Source: an uncultured Alphaproteobacteria bacterium
GTDB taxonomy: Bacteria > Pseudomonadota > Alphaproteobacteria > RF32 > CAG-239
Length of the DNA: 64,000 bases
Direction of reading: 5' to 3'
Assembly (NCBI GenBank): GCA_910577095.1
Contig: CAJTLY010000007.1
Span: 34,317-98,316 of the forward strand
The first letter of the stretch is position 1; each line of letters begins with the position of its first letter. Positions 55,443 through 64,000 of this stretch are shown piece after piece. The position numbers and the translations under genes were made by a program. Below the pieces are notes generated by a model. The model was not told where the DNA came from. It was given only the letters and a program-made list of their open reading frames with translations, and ran no database searches.

Positions 55443-56822
55443 ATGCGTCTGTTTAACATAATTTTAAAGGATATTCGAGACAAGGTGAAATACTATATCA
55501 AAACCTTTGGCTGCCAGATGAACGTTTACGATTCTCAGCGCATTGCCCACATTCTGCAAAACATGGGACATACGGCTGCCGACGCCCCTGCGGATGCAGA
55601 CATAATCATCTTCAACACTTGTCATATCCGCGAAAAAGCCGCCGAGAAACTGTTTTCCGATCTCGGACGCATTAATTTGATCAAAGAAGAACGTCAAGCC
55701 GCCGGCAAAGAAACAATCATCGGCGTCGTCGGCTGCGTTGTTCAGGCAGAAGACGAGCAAATCGCCAAACGCGCTCCCTTTGTCAATTTTGCCACCGGTC
55801 CGCTGACTTATTACCGTATTCCCGAAATTTTGGGCAAAATCGCGCAACAGAAAAATATTTGTCTGATTGACACCGAATTCACTTCGGAGAGCAAATTCGA
55901 CCATCTGCCGCAAAACCGCGCCGAGGGCGGATGTTCCTATCTCGCCATTCAGGAAGGCTGCAACAATTTCTGCACCTATTGCATTGTTCCCTATACCCGC
56001 GGTGTCGAGACCTCGCGTCCGGTGGAGGAAGTGTTAAAAGAAGCCCGCCGGCTGGTCGAGACCGGAACTCTCGAAATCAACCTGTTGGGACAAAACGTCA
56101 ATGCCTATCACGGCGAAGACGCCGCCGGCCGGGAAAGAGACCTGGCCCATCTGCTGCGCCGTTTGGCGGAAATTGACGGCTTGCAACGTCTTCGTTACAC
56201 CACTTCCTATCCTGCCGACGTCAACGACGACCTGATCGCCTGCCACCGGGATTTAAAAAAACTGATGCCTTACCTGCATTTGCCGCTGCAATCGGGTTCG
56301 GACCGCATCCTGAAGGCCATGAACCGTCGTCACAACCGCGGACAATATCTCGAAATTATCGCCAAACTGCGTGATGCCAACCCCGAACTGGGCTTCTCCT
56401 CCGATTTTATCGTCGGTTTTCCCGGTGAAACCGATCAAGATTTTGAAGCCACTCTCGACATGGTGGAACAAGTCGGCTATATTCAGGCGTTCTCATTTAA
56501 ATACAGCCGCCGTGCCGGCACCCCGGCCGCGGTATATCCCGATCAGATTGACGAAAAAGTCAAATCGGAGCGTTTAAACATTTTACAGGAAAAATTATTT
56601 TCCCAACAGTTAAACTTTAATAAAGGATGTATCGGTAGAATTATGCCGGTACTCTTCGAGAGCAAAGGCAGAAAAAAGGGCCAGCTGTTCGGCAGAACCC
56701 CGTATATGCAAAATCTGCATGCCCGGGTTCCGGCCGAACTGATCAACCGCATTTTGCCGGTGCGCGTCACCGACGCCACTGCAAACTCGCTTGGCGGAAC
56801 CGTTATTCAACAATCAGATTAA
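55443..56822 (+). CDS. miaB: tRNA-2-methylthio-N6-dimethylallyladenosine synthase
   Basis: ATG at 55443 with GAGG 5 nt upstream. TFGCQMN motif, radical-SAM CNNFCTYC, and a TRAM C-terminus. Confidence 0.93.
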   Translation: MRLFNIILKDIRDKVKYYIKTFGCQMNVYDSQRIAHILQNMGHTAADAPADADIIIFNTCHIREKAAEKLFSDLGRINLIKEERQAAGKETIIGVVGCVVQAEDEQIAKRAPFVNFATGPLTYYRIPEILGKIAQQKNICLIDTEFTSESKFDHLPQNRAEGGCSYLAIQEGCNNFCTYCIVPYTRGVETSRPVEEVLKEARRLVETGTLEINLLGQNVNAYHGEDAAGRERDLAHLLRRLAEIDGLQRLRYTTSYPADVNDDLIACHRDLKKLMPYLHLPLQSGSDRILKAMNRRHNRGQYLEIIAKLRDANPELGFSSDFIVGFPGETDQDFEATLDMVEQVGYIQAFSFKYSRRAGTPAAVYPDQIDEKVKSERLNILQEKLFSQQLNFNKGCIGRIMPVLFESKGRKKGQLFGRTPYMQNLHARVPAELINRILPVRVTDATANSLGGTVIQQSD

Positions 56823-56832
56823 AGGTGCAATT

Positions 56833-57813
56833 ATGGCAGAAACAGAATTAGAACTTTTTAATAATCAATTGGTTCAGCAGCTTGTCGGCCCGCAGGACGG
56901 CAACCTGAAAATCATTGAAGAGGCTTTGAACGTCGAAATTGCCACTTTCGGCAATCATATTCACATCAAAGGCAACGACGAAGCCGTCGGTCAGGCCAAA
57001 AGCGCCATCGATTCCCTTTATTCAAAAGTCAGCCGCGGCATTGAAATCGGCGATCAGGAAGTGCGCGCCGCCGTCCGCATCAGCGGTGCCGAAACCGACC
57101 AAAAGCCGAAAATCAATATCGACGAAATTGTTTTGAAAACCAAAAAACGTCATATCTATCCGCGCTCGGCCACACAGGCACAATATATTGTCGAAATGAT
57201 GAATAACGAACTGGTTTTCGGCCTCGGACCCGCCGGCACCGGTAAGACCTATTTGGCGGTGGCACTGGCCGTTACCATGATGTTGGAAGGAGCGATCGAC
57301 AAAATCATCCTTTCGCGTCCGGCCGTGGAAGCCGGCGAAAACCTCGGTTTTCTGCCCGGAGACCTTAAAGACAAGGTCGACCCTTACCTGCGCCCCCTTT
57401 ACGACGCTCTGTATGAAATGCTTCCGGCCGAACAGGTCGATAAAAAATTGGCTGCCGGCGAAATCGAAATTGCACCGCTGGCGTTTATGCGCGGCCGCAC
57501 GCTTTCCAACGCTTTTGTCATTCTGGACGAAGCCCAGAACACCACGCCGATGCAGATGAAAATGTTTCTGACCCGCCTCGGTGAAAATTCCCGCATGGTC
57601 GTTAACGGCGACTTAAGCCAGGTCGACCTGCCGCGGGGCGTTATCTCAGGTCTTCGGGACGCGCTGGACACCTTGCATAATGTCAAAGGAATCGGTTCCG
57701 TCACCTTCAGCGCCAACGACGTTGTCCGTCACGGACTGGTTGCCAAAATCGTCCGCGCTTACGAACAGAAAAATCATCAGGAAGAAAAACAGAATCATGA
57801 AAACAACAATTAA
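56833..57813 (+). CDS. phoH: PhoH family ATPase
   Basis: ATG at 56833. Walker A GPAGTGKT and ILDEAQN motifs. Confidence 0.92.
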   Translation: MAETELELFNNQLVQQLVGPQDGNLKIIEEALNVEIATFGNHIHIKGNDEAVGQAKSAIDSLYSKVSRGIEIGDQEVRAAVRISGAETDQKPKINIDEIVLKTKKRHIYPRSATQAQYIVEMMNNELVFGLGPAGTGKTYLAVALAVTMMLEGAIDKIILSRPAVEAGENLGFLPGDLKDKVDPYLRPLYDALYEMLPAEQVDKKLAAGEIEIAPLAFMRGRTLSNAFVILDEAQNTTPMQMKMFLTRLGENSRMVVNGDLSQVDLPRGVISGLRDALDTLHNVKGIGSVTFSANDVVRHGLVAKIVRAYEQKNHQEEKQNHENNN

Positions 57814-58306
57814 CCTGACCTTCGGCGACGAAAACTGGAGCAGCCGCCTGCCCGATGCCGCGGCCTTATCCGCCGCGGTCTTCGAAAAGGTCATTGCCGA
57901 ACTGAAACCCGGTTTTTTGGACGGCAAGTCGGAGGTTTGCCTCAATTTGGAACTTGGAAACGATGAAGAAATCCGCTGTCTTAACCGCGAATTTCGCCAA
58001 ATTGACAAACCGACCAACATTCTTTCCTTTGCCAACCTCGACGATGACGATTTTTTTGAGACACTGCCGCAAACGGAAGAAGTTGAGCTCGGTGATATCA
58101 TCATTGCGCGGGAAACAATGGAAAACCAGAGCCTTGAACAGGAAATCAGTTTTAATGACCATTATGTACACATTTTAATTCACGGCATTTTGCATCTGTT
58201 GGGCTATGACCATATTGAAGAAGCGGACCGGCTTGAAATGGAAGCTGTGGAAACCCGTCTGCTGCACGGTTTCGGTATTGCCGATCCTTATGAGGAGAAA
58301 GCCTGA
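57797..58306 (+). CDS. ybeY: rRNA maturation endoribonuclease YbeY
   Basis: Internal ATG at 57797 overlaps the phoH end. HGILHLLGYDH zinc motif. Confidence 0.9.
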   Translation: MKTTINLTFGDENWSSRLPDAAALSAAVFEKVIAELKPGFLDGKSEVCLNLELGNDEEIRCLNREFRQIDKPTNILSFANLDDDDFFETLPQTEEVELGDIIIARETMENQSLEQEISFNDHYVHILIHGILHLLGYDHIEEADRLEMEAVETRLLHGFGIADPYEEKA

Positions 58307-58308
58307 AA

Positions 58309-59181
58309 ATGAACGATATCCCTCACGGTTTGGGCAGTTACTTTAAAAAACTGTTCACCACTCACGCCAACAACGAAGACGTGCGCGAAACCATTGAAGA
58401 TCTGATCGAAGAGGCCGGTTCGGGTGATGACGGTTTCAGCCCTCACGAGCAGCAATTGTTTAACAACTTGCTCTACCTCAAAGACAAAAAAGTCTGCCGG
58501 GTAATGATTCCGCGCGCCGACATTGTCGCTTTTCAGCAAAACGGAACCGTCGAAGAACTGGCGCGGCTGATGGTCGAAAAAGGCCATTCGCGCATTCCGG
58601 TTTACGGCGAATCTCTGGATGACGTTACCGGTGTTCTTCACATTATTGACCTCGCAAAATGTTTATTGAGAGGGGACGGTAAAATGCCGGTTGCACAAAT
58701 TGCGGCACCCAACCTCAAAATCGTTTCGCCGGACAGTCTGGTTCCCGATCTGCTGCAGGAAATGCAGCAGGAAAAGACCCATATGGCGATGGTGATGGAC
58801 GAATACGGCGGTTTGTGCGGTCTGATTACGATTGAAGATCTGCTGGAAGAAATCGTCGGCGATATCGAAGACGAGTATGACCTGGAACAGGATCCGGTGA
58901 TCTCTCTTCAGGAAAACGGCATTTACGTTGCCGACGCCAAAGCGCCGTTGGAAGACGTCGAAGAAAGGACCGGCATCAGCCTGTTTAAGGATGATTGGGA
59001 AGAAGAAGAAAGCAGCGTCGATACCATCGGCGGCTACGTCTTTCAGTTGGCGCAAAGAATTCCGGGACACGGCGAAATCGTTAACGGTCCTACCGGAATC
59101 CGATTTAAAATTCTGGAAGCGGACCCCAACCGCATCAAGAAAATCATGATTATTACCACTCCCTCCGCAACAGGTGAATAG
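58309..59181 (+). CDS. corC: CBS-pair/CorC_HlyC domain protein (CorC/TlyC family)
   Basis: 290 aa. Has a CBS pair followed by a transporter-associated domain. Conserved position between ybeY and lnt. Confidence 0.88.
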   Translation: MNDIPHGLGSYFKKLFTTHANNEDVRETIEDLIEEAGSGDDGFSPHEQQLFNNLLYLKDKKVCRVMIPRADIVAFQQNGTVEELARLMVEKGHSRIPVYGESLDDVTGVLHIIDLAKCLLRGDGKMPVAQIAAPNLKIVSPDSLVPDLLQEMQQEKTHMAMVMDEYGGLCGLITIEDLLEEIVGDIEDEYDLEQDPVISLQENGIYVADAKAPLEDVEERTGISLFKDDWEEEESSVDTIGGYVFQLAQRIPGHGEIVNGPTGIRFKILEADPNRIKKIMIITTPSATGE

Positions 59182-59182
59182 A

Positions 59183-60715
59183 ATGCCCGGCAAGCTGGCA
59201 CAATATCCCAAAACCACAGCCTTTGTTCTCGGCTGTCTGTCCGTGGCCGCGTTGCCGCCCTATTACCTGCTGCCGTTTCTGATAATTTCTTTCAGCGGCC
59301 TGCTGATTATGCTGGAGCAAACTTCTTCAGCAAAAAAATCGTTTATGCTCGGCTACTGGTTTGGTTTCGGTCATTATGCCTGCGGTTTTTTCTGGGTCAC
59401 CAACGCCTTGATGCTCGACCTGCCGCGCTTGGGCTGGCTGATCCCGCTGGTTTTTGTCGGCAGCGGGGGGTTCTTCGGTTTGTTCACCGCTTTCCCGGCT
59501 TTGTTTTGCAGCCGCTTCAAAACCTTTTGGGCCAAGCTGCCGGCCTTTGCCGCGGCATGGACCGTTTTTGAGTGGTTACGGAGTTTTGTTTTGACCGGTT
59601 TTCCGTGGAACCTTCTCGGTACGGTATGGAGTTTCAGCAATGCGGCCATTCAGGCCGCCTCATGCTTCGGAACCTACGGTCTGTCGCTGCTGACCGTTTT
59701 TGCGGCCGCGGCACCGGGATTCTTATTTTTCGGCCGCAACCGCAAAGCGGCGATTCTGGCTGTTTCAATTCCGATTCTTGTCTCCGGATTTTTGTTCGGT
59801 TACGGAACCTGGCGGCTCAGCCTCTATCCCGATGACCGCTTTTCAGAAATAAAAGTCCGGATTGTCCAGCCGGCAATTCCTCAGCAAATGAAATGGCAGC
59901 CGGAAATGCTCGAACAAAATTTGCAAACATACGTAAATATGTCGCGGTCTGCCGCCGACGATTCCGAGCGCCTGTTCAATCCTGATTTGGTCATTTGGGG
60001 CGAAACGGCAACGCCGTTTGTCCTCCGGCTGGAGCCGCAATATCTGGAGATGCTGTTGCCGGCCGTTCCGCCGCAAGGATTTCTGATCACCGGTATCCTC
60101 GACTATGATTATGACGGTGAAAAATGGCGCCCGTTAAATGCCATGCAGGCCTTTGACCGCAATGGAATTGTCGCCTCTTATGCCAAATCGCATTTGGTTC
60201 CGTTCGGCGAATATATCCCGCTGCGCCGCTACCTTCCCGACCGCCTGAAACCGGTTACCAACGTCATTGCCGACTTCATGCCGGGAAACGGCGTTGAAAC
60301 CATACGGCTGCCCGGCATCCCGCCGTTCGGCGTCTTGATCTGTTACGAGATCATTTTTCCCGCCGAAGTTGCTGACAATGCCGACCGTCCTCAATGGCTG
60401 ATCAATCTGACCAACGACGGCTGGTACGGCGACAGTGCCGGCCCGCGTCAACATCTGGTTGCAACTCGGATGCGCGCCGTTGAAGAAGGATTGACAATTG
60501 TTCGCGCAGCCAACTCGGGCATCAGTGCCCTGATTTCCAAAACGGGAAACGTCATCAGACAACTTCCGCTCAATGTTTCCGAGACTTTAGACGTTTATCT
60601 GCCTCAGTCTTTATCTATTGATACTTGGTATAAAAAGTACCACAACTTTCCGGTATTGTTTCTTTGCCTTCTCGGCATCGTTTCAGCCGTTATTTTAGAT
60701 CGCAAACGCCATTAA
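59183..60715 (+). CDS. lnt: apolipoprotein N-acyltransferase
   Basis: ATG at 59183 (an alternative GTG lies at 59174). N-terminal multi-TM region, then a CN-hydrolase domain (ICYE, NDGWYG). Confidence 0.92.
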   Translation: MPGKLAQYPKTTAFVLGCLSVAALPPYYLLPFLIISFSGLLIMLEQTSSAKKSFMLGYWFGFGHYACGFFWVTNALMLDLPRLGWLIPLVFVGSGGFFGLFTAFPALFCSRFKTFWAKLPAFAAAWTVFEWLRSFVLTGFPWNLLGTVWSFSNAAIQAASCFGTYGLSLLTVFAAAAPGFLFFGRNRKAAILAVSIPILVSGFLFGYGTWRLSLYPDDRFSEIKVRIVQPAIPQQMKWQPEMLEQNLQTYVNMSRSAADDSERLFNPDLVIWGETATPFVLRLEPQYLEMLLPAVPPQGFLITGILDYDYDGEKWRPLNAMQAFDRNGIVASYAKSHLVPFGEYIPLRRYLPDRLKPVTNVIADFMPGNGVETIRLPGIPPFGVLICYEIIFPAEVADNADRPQWLINLTNDGWYGDSAGPRQHLVATRMRAVEEGLTIVRAANSGISALISKTGNVIRQLPLNVSETLDVYLPQSLSIDTWYKKYHNFPVLFLCLLGIVSAVILDRKRH

Positions 60716-60791
60716 CCTCTTGTTTTTATAAAGAAATACAAGGGTGCCTTCGGCCCATCTAATTGTCTATATAAAATATTATATAAAAATA

Positions 60792-60820
60792 TTGACATTA
60801 ACCACTAAAAATTGCAATAT
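60792..60820 (+). promoter_or_regulatory. sigma70-like promoter candidate for the HTH gene
   Basis: TTGACA (60792-60797), 17-nt spacer, CAATAT (60815-60820). Argues that the CDS starts at the ATGATG at 60845, not at the upstream TTG. Confidence 0.5.
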
Positions 60821-60844
60821 GTGGATAGACTTTTGTGGAGCTAT

Positions 60845-61369
60845 ATGATGAACATGACTAAATCAAAGAAGGCCAGCCGCGGCCGGACGCCTAACGGACA
60901 ACCAAATCCGATTGATGTCCATGTCGGCAACCGCATCCGGTTACGCCGGACATTGCTCGGATATTCTCAGGAAAAATTAGCCTCTCTGCTGGGCCTTACA
61001 TTTCAACAGGTTCAGAAATATGAGCGCGGTAACAACCGCGTCGGCGCAAGTCGTCTGTGGGATATCGGCAACGTTCTGAACGTGCCGATCAACTTCTTCT
61101 ACGAAGATATGGATAAGGAAGTTGCCCAACAAAGTCCGCGCGTTTTCAGTTCTCCCGAAACCGCAATGTGTTTTGAAGAAAACTATCAGGAAATTGATAT
61201 GGACCCGATGAAGCGTCAGGAAACGCTGGAACTGGTCAAAGCATATTATCGCATTCCCAACCGCAAAGCGGCAAAACATCTTTTTGATCTGATCATTACC
61301 ATGTCAAAAACCACTTTCAATCGGGATGACGACGAGAACGAGAACGAAATCGAAGTCGAAGACGAATAA
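60845..61369 (+). CDS. XRE family helix-turn-helix transcriptional regulator with acidic tail
   Basis: HTH_3-like segment IRLRRTLLGYSQEKLASLLGLTFQQVQKYERGNNR. Conserved position between lnt and metK. Confidence 0.85.
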   Translation: MMNMTKSKKASRGRTPNGQPNPIDVHVGNRIRLRRTLLGYSQEKLASLLGLTFQQVQKYERGNNRVGASRLWDIGNVLNVPINFFYEDMDKEVAQQSPRVFSSPETAMCFEENYQEIDMDPMKRQETLELVKAYYRIPNRKAAKHLFDLIITMSKTTFNRDDDENENEIEVEDE

Positions 61370-61467
61370 ATCAAAATACACACATCTTAAAAAAAAAAGC
61401 TGGCATTTTGAACGCCGGCTTTTTATTATGCGCAAAAAGACACTAAAACAAATACGAAAGAATCACG

Positions 61468-62610
61468 ATGAGCTACCTTTTTACCAGTGAAGCCGTTTCG
61501 GCCGGACATCCTGACAAAATATGCGATCAAATTTCCGACACCCTGCTCGATTTGCATCTGCAGGCAGATCCTTGCGCCCATACGGCTATTGAAACCATGG
61601 CCACCACCAACCGGGTAATCATTGCCGGCGAAACACTGAGCAGGAACCCCGTAGATCCTGAGACGGCAGAAGAAACGGTCCGTACTTTAATTAAAAAAAT
61701 CGGCTATGATCAGCCCGGGTTCAGCTACAAAAACCTGCAAATCGACAACCTTCTCCATTGCCAATCGGCTGACATTGCCAACGGCATCAAAGATTGCGGC
61801 GCCGGAGATCAGGGAATTATGTTTGGCTATGCCAAAAAAGAAACCGGTTTTGAAACCTGTTACATGCCGATGGCCATTTACTTGGCCAACCGGTTGCTGA
61901 CCAACTTGCGTCAGGCCGCCTTGCCGGGACTGGAACCCGATGCCAAATCGCAGGTCACGCTCGAGTATGACGATCAAAACCGGGTTTGCAGAGTCGGCTC
62001 GGTTGTTTTATCCACCCAGCACAGCGAGCATTTGTCTCTGGAAGAAGTTCGGGAACTGGTTTTGCCGATCATCCGCCGCAGCATTCCGGAAACGCTTTTT
62101 TCCGATGACATTCGGCTGCTGATCAATCCGGCCGGACGTTTTGTCATCGGCGGACCTGACGGTGACTGCGGCCTTACCGGACGCAAAATCGTTGCTGATA
62201 CCTACGGCGGTTATGCGCCTCACGGCGGCGGAGCTTTTTCGGGAAAAGATCCCAGCAAGGTTGACCGTTCGGCAGCTTACATGATGCGCTATTTGGCAAA
62301 GAATATCGTTGCCTCCGGAATTGCCGACGAGTGTCTGTTGCAGGTTTCTTACGCCATCGGCAAAAAAGAACCGTTGTCGTTGTATATTGACTGCAAAGGA
62401 ACCGCCAAGGTTGACCAACAAAAGATTTTGCAAAAAATTTCCGAGTTGGCGGACCTGACGCCGGCCGGCATTATCCGCCGTCTTCGGCTTTGCCGTCCGA
62501 TCTACGCATCTTCTGCCGCTTACGGGCATTTTGGACGTCTTCCGGGCGAAAACGGTGAATTTTCATGGGAAGAAACCGATTTAAGCAAGGAACTCGCCTC
62601 ATGTTTTTAG
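61468..62610 (+). CDS. metK: S-adenosylmethionine synthase
   Basis: 380 aa with GHPDKICDQISD, GAGDQG and GGGAFSGKD motifs. Confidence 0.97.
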   Translation: MSYLFTSEAVSAGHPDKICDQISDTLLDLHLQADPCAHTAIETMATTNRVIIAGETLSRNPVDPETAEETVRTLIKKIGYDQPGFSYKNLQIDNLLHCQSADIANGIKDCGAGDQGIMFGYAKKETGFETCYMPMAIYLANRLLTNLRQAALPGLEPDAKSQVTLEYDDQNRVCRVGSVVLSTQHSEHLSLEEVRELVLPIIRRSIPETLFSDDIRLLINPAGRFVIGGPDGDCGLTGRKIVADTYGGYAPHGGGAFSGKDPSKVDRSAAYMMRYLAKNIVASGIADECLLQVSYAIGKKEPLSLYIDCKGTAKVDQQKILQKISELADLTPAGIIRRLRLCRPIYASSAAYGHFGRLPGENGEFSWEETDLSKELASCF

Positions 62611-63314
62611 ATGACAAGCCTCAGTTCTTCGGGCGCCGCAAAGGACGCCGCATCCGCAAGGCCAAAACCGCATTGTTGGAAAGCTTTTTGCCGCAGGTAG
62701 CCCTCAATCCCCGACAACCGTTGCAATTCGGTGCCGAAGTCCGTCAAGTTTGTTTGGAAATCGGCTTCGGCGACGGCGCGCATTTGGCAGGAATTGCGGC
62801 TGCCAACCCGAATATCGGTTATATCGGCGCCGAAGTTTTTCAAAACGGGGTTGCCAACCTCCTCAGTTTGCTGACCGGCATCAAAGAAGGGGCGGAAATT
62901 TGCGATGAAATTAATCTGCTGCCCGGACGCACCGACAATATCCGCGTATACGGCGACGACATTCGGCTGTTATTTCCGCTGCTGCCGGCCCAATCACTCG
63001 ACAAAGTGTTTTTATTGTTTCCGGATCCGTGGCCAAAAAAACGTCACGAAAACCGCCGTTTTGTTAATCCCGACAATTTGAAACAACTGGCACGGATCTT
63101 AAAAAAAGGCGGAATTCTGCAAATTGCCACCGACCATCCGGTTTACAAACGCTGGGTACTGCAACAACTCGGACGCCATCCCGATTTTCGTTGGACCGCC
63201 GCCTGCGGCAACGACTGGAAACGTCAGCCTGCCGATTGGGTCGAAACCAAATATCAGCGCAAAGCCATCCGTGAAGGACGCCGCCCCGTCTTTTTCGAAT
63301 TTGAGCGCCGATAA
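62601..63314 (+). CDS. trmB: tRNA (guanine-N7)-methyltransferase
   Basis: Internal ATG at 62601 overlaps the metK end by 10 nt. LEIGFGDG and FPDPWPKKRH motifs. Confidence 0.9.
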   Translation: MFLDDKPQFFGRRKGRRIRKAKTALLESFLPQVALNPRQPLQFGAEVRQVCLEIGFGDGAHLAGIAAANPNIGYIGAEVFQNGVANLLSLLTGIKEGAEICDEINLLPGRTDNIRVYGDDIRLLFPLLPAQSLDKVFLLFPDPWPKKRHENRRFVNPDNLKQLARILKKGGILQIATDHPVYKRWVLQQLGRHPDFRWTAACGNDWKRQPADWVETKYQRKAIREGRRPVFFEFERR

Positions 63315-63333
63315 TAAAAGCAGCGTAAAGATT

Positions 63334-63864
63334 TTAAACCAAGCGCGGTTTGCAACCGCAATAATCCTGAGAATACAGTCCGAGCTGTTTGATCAGGGCC
63401 TGTCGCCGTTCCTGCATACCGCCCTTGCGTCCTTCCACGGCAACATAAGCTACGCCGGTTTCTGCCGAAGCTTTGGCGGCCGCCCGATTGACTTGTTCCA
63501 AATTTTTATAGCGCGAAACCCCGAGAACGGAAGCGACGGCATCAAATCCGCCTGTTTTGGCATATTCCATCGCCCGTTTCAAACGCATATAAAAACAAAT
63601 GTCACACCGGTGCCCGCGTTCGGGTTCGTTTTCCAACCCCTTGATCAGCGAACACCAGCGGAAATTATCATACTCAAGCTCAATAAACGGCACCTGCCAT
63701 TGCCGGCACAGACGGCGGTTCTCTTCTTTTCTCTTTTCATATTCTGCTGCCGGAACAATATTAGGATTGTAAAAAAGTACCGAAAAATCGGTTCCTTCCT
63801 GCGCCATTTTCTCAATCACGGCACAAGAACAAGGCGCACAGCATGACAAAAGTAAAATTTTCAT
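63334..63864 (-). CDS. queH: epoxyqueuosine reductase QueH (DUF208)
   Basis: ATG at 63864 gives MKILLLSCCAPCS. The CCAPC cluster plus the later C..C and CGC motifs are typical of QueH. Confidence 0.85.
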   Translation of the reverse strand: MKILLLSCCAPCSCAVIEKMAQEGTDFSVLFYNPNIVPAAEYEKRKEENRRLCRQWQVPFIELEYDNFRWCSLIKGLENEPERGHRCDICFYMRLKRAMEYAKTGGFDAVASVLGVSRYKNLEQVNRAAAKASAETGVAYVAVEGRKGGMQERRQALIKQLGLYSQDYCGCKPRLV

Positions 63865-64000
63865 CTCTTTATCCAAACATTTTTACCTTTTATAGCATAA
63901 ATACTTTAAAAAGCAAGAAGCCCGGGCACACGGGCGCGGGCTTCTTGCATTAAGACTTTGACCGTCAGGGGGATCAGTCGGCTTTTCGCATCAGCTTGTC

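Noticed and set aside
61370-61467. A SAM riboswitch upstream of metK.
   Set aside because: The region is only ~98 nt and is mostly a terminator-like hairpin of the upstream gene plus A-rich sequence. No SAM-II or SAM-V pseudoknot signature is recognisable.

Overview
This 64-kb bacterial chromosomal window is densely coding on both strands and contains no rRNA genes, CRISPR arrays, integrases or transposases. Most of it is housekeeping: TerC, ppa, tRNA-Val, hupB, lon, a DegT aminotransferase, mlaA/mlaC, LemA-TPM, MoxR-DUF58-TPR, uvrD, tRNA-Met(CAU), alpha-2-macroglobulin+pbpC, galE+ugd, slt, family-4 UDG, infA, folD, yggU/yggT, and the block miaB-phoH-ybeY-corC-lnt-HTH-metK-trmB followed by queH. 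That gene order, lon-hupB and a DUF1150 gene resemble Alphaproteobacteria; this is an inference from synteny, not a search result. Between these lie unrecognisable genes. The strongest candidate for something new is at 16.5-20.5 kb. A 440-aa protein has a peptidoglycan-binding N-terminus and a compositionally different C-terminal half. It converges on a tandem array of four 5-TM paralogs. Each paralog has its own near-identical 111-nt leader, and the copies diverge in discrete blocks. Relics of a fifth paralog and of a second copy of the 440-aa gene's 3' end also sit in the array. This layout resembles toxin/immunity cassette arrays, but the function is unproven. Other items are three signal-peptide-less HExxH proteins (two with an M48-like core), a pair of paralogous secreted Cys-containing proteins upstream of slt, an NDK-fold-like orphan, a TerB-like/acidic-protein pair and an orphan terminator-bearing leader. 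Start codons were refined by RBS inspection and domain calls rest on motif recognition only.
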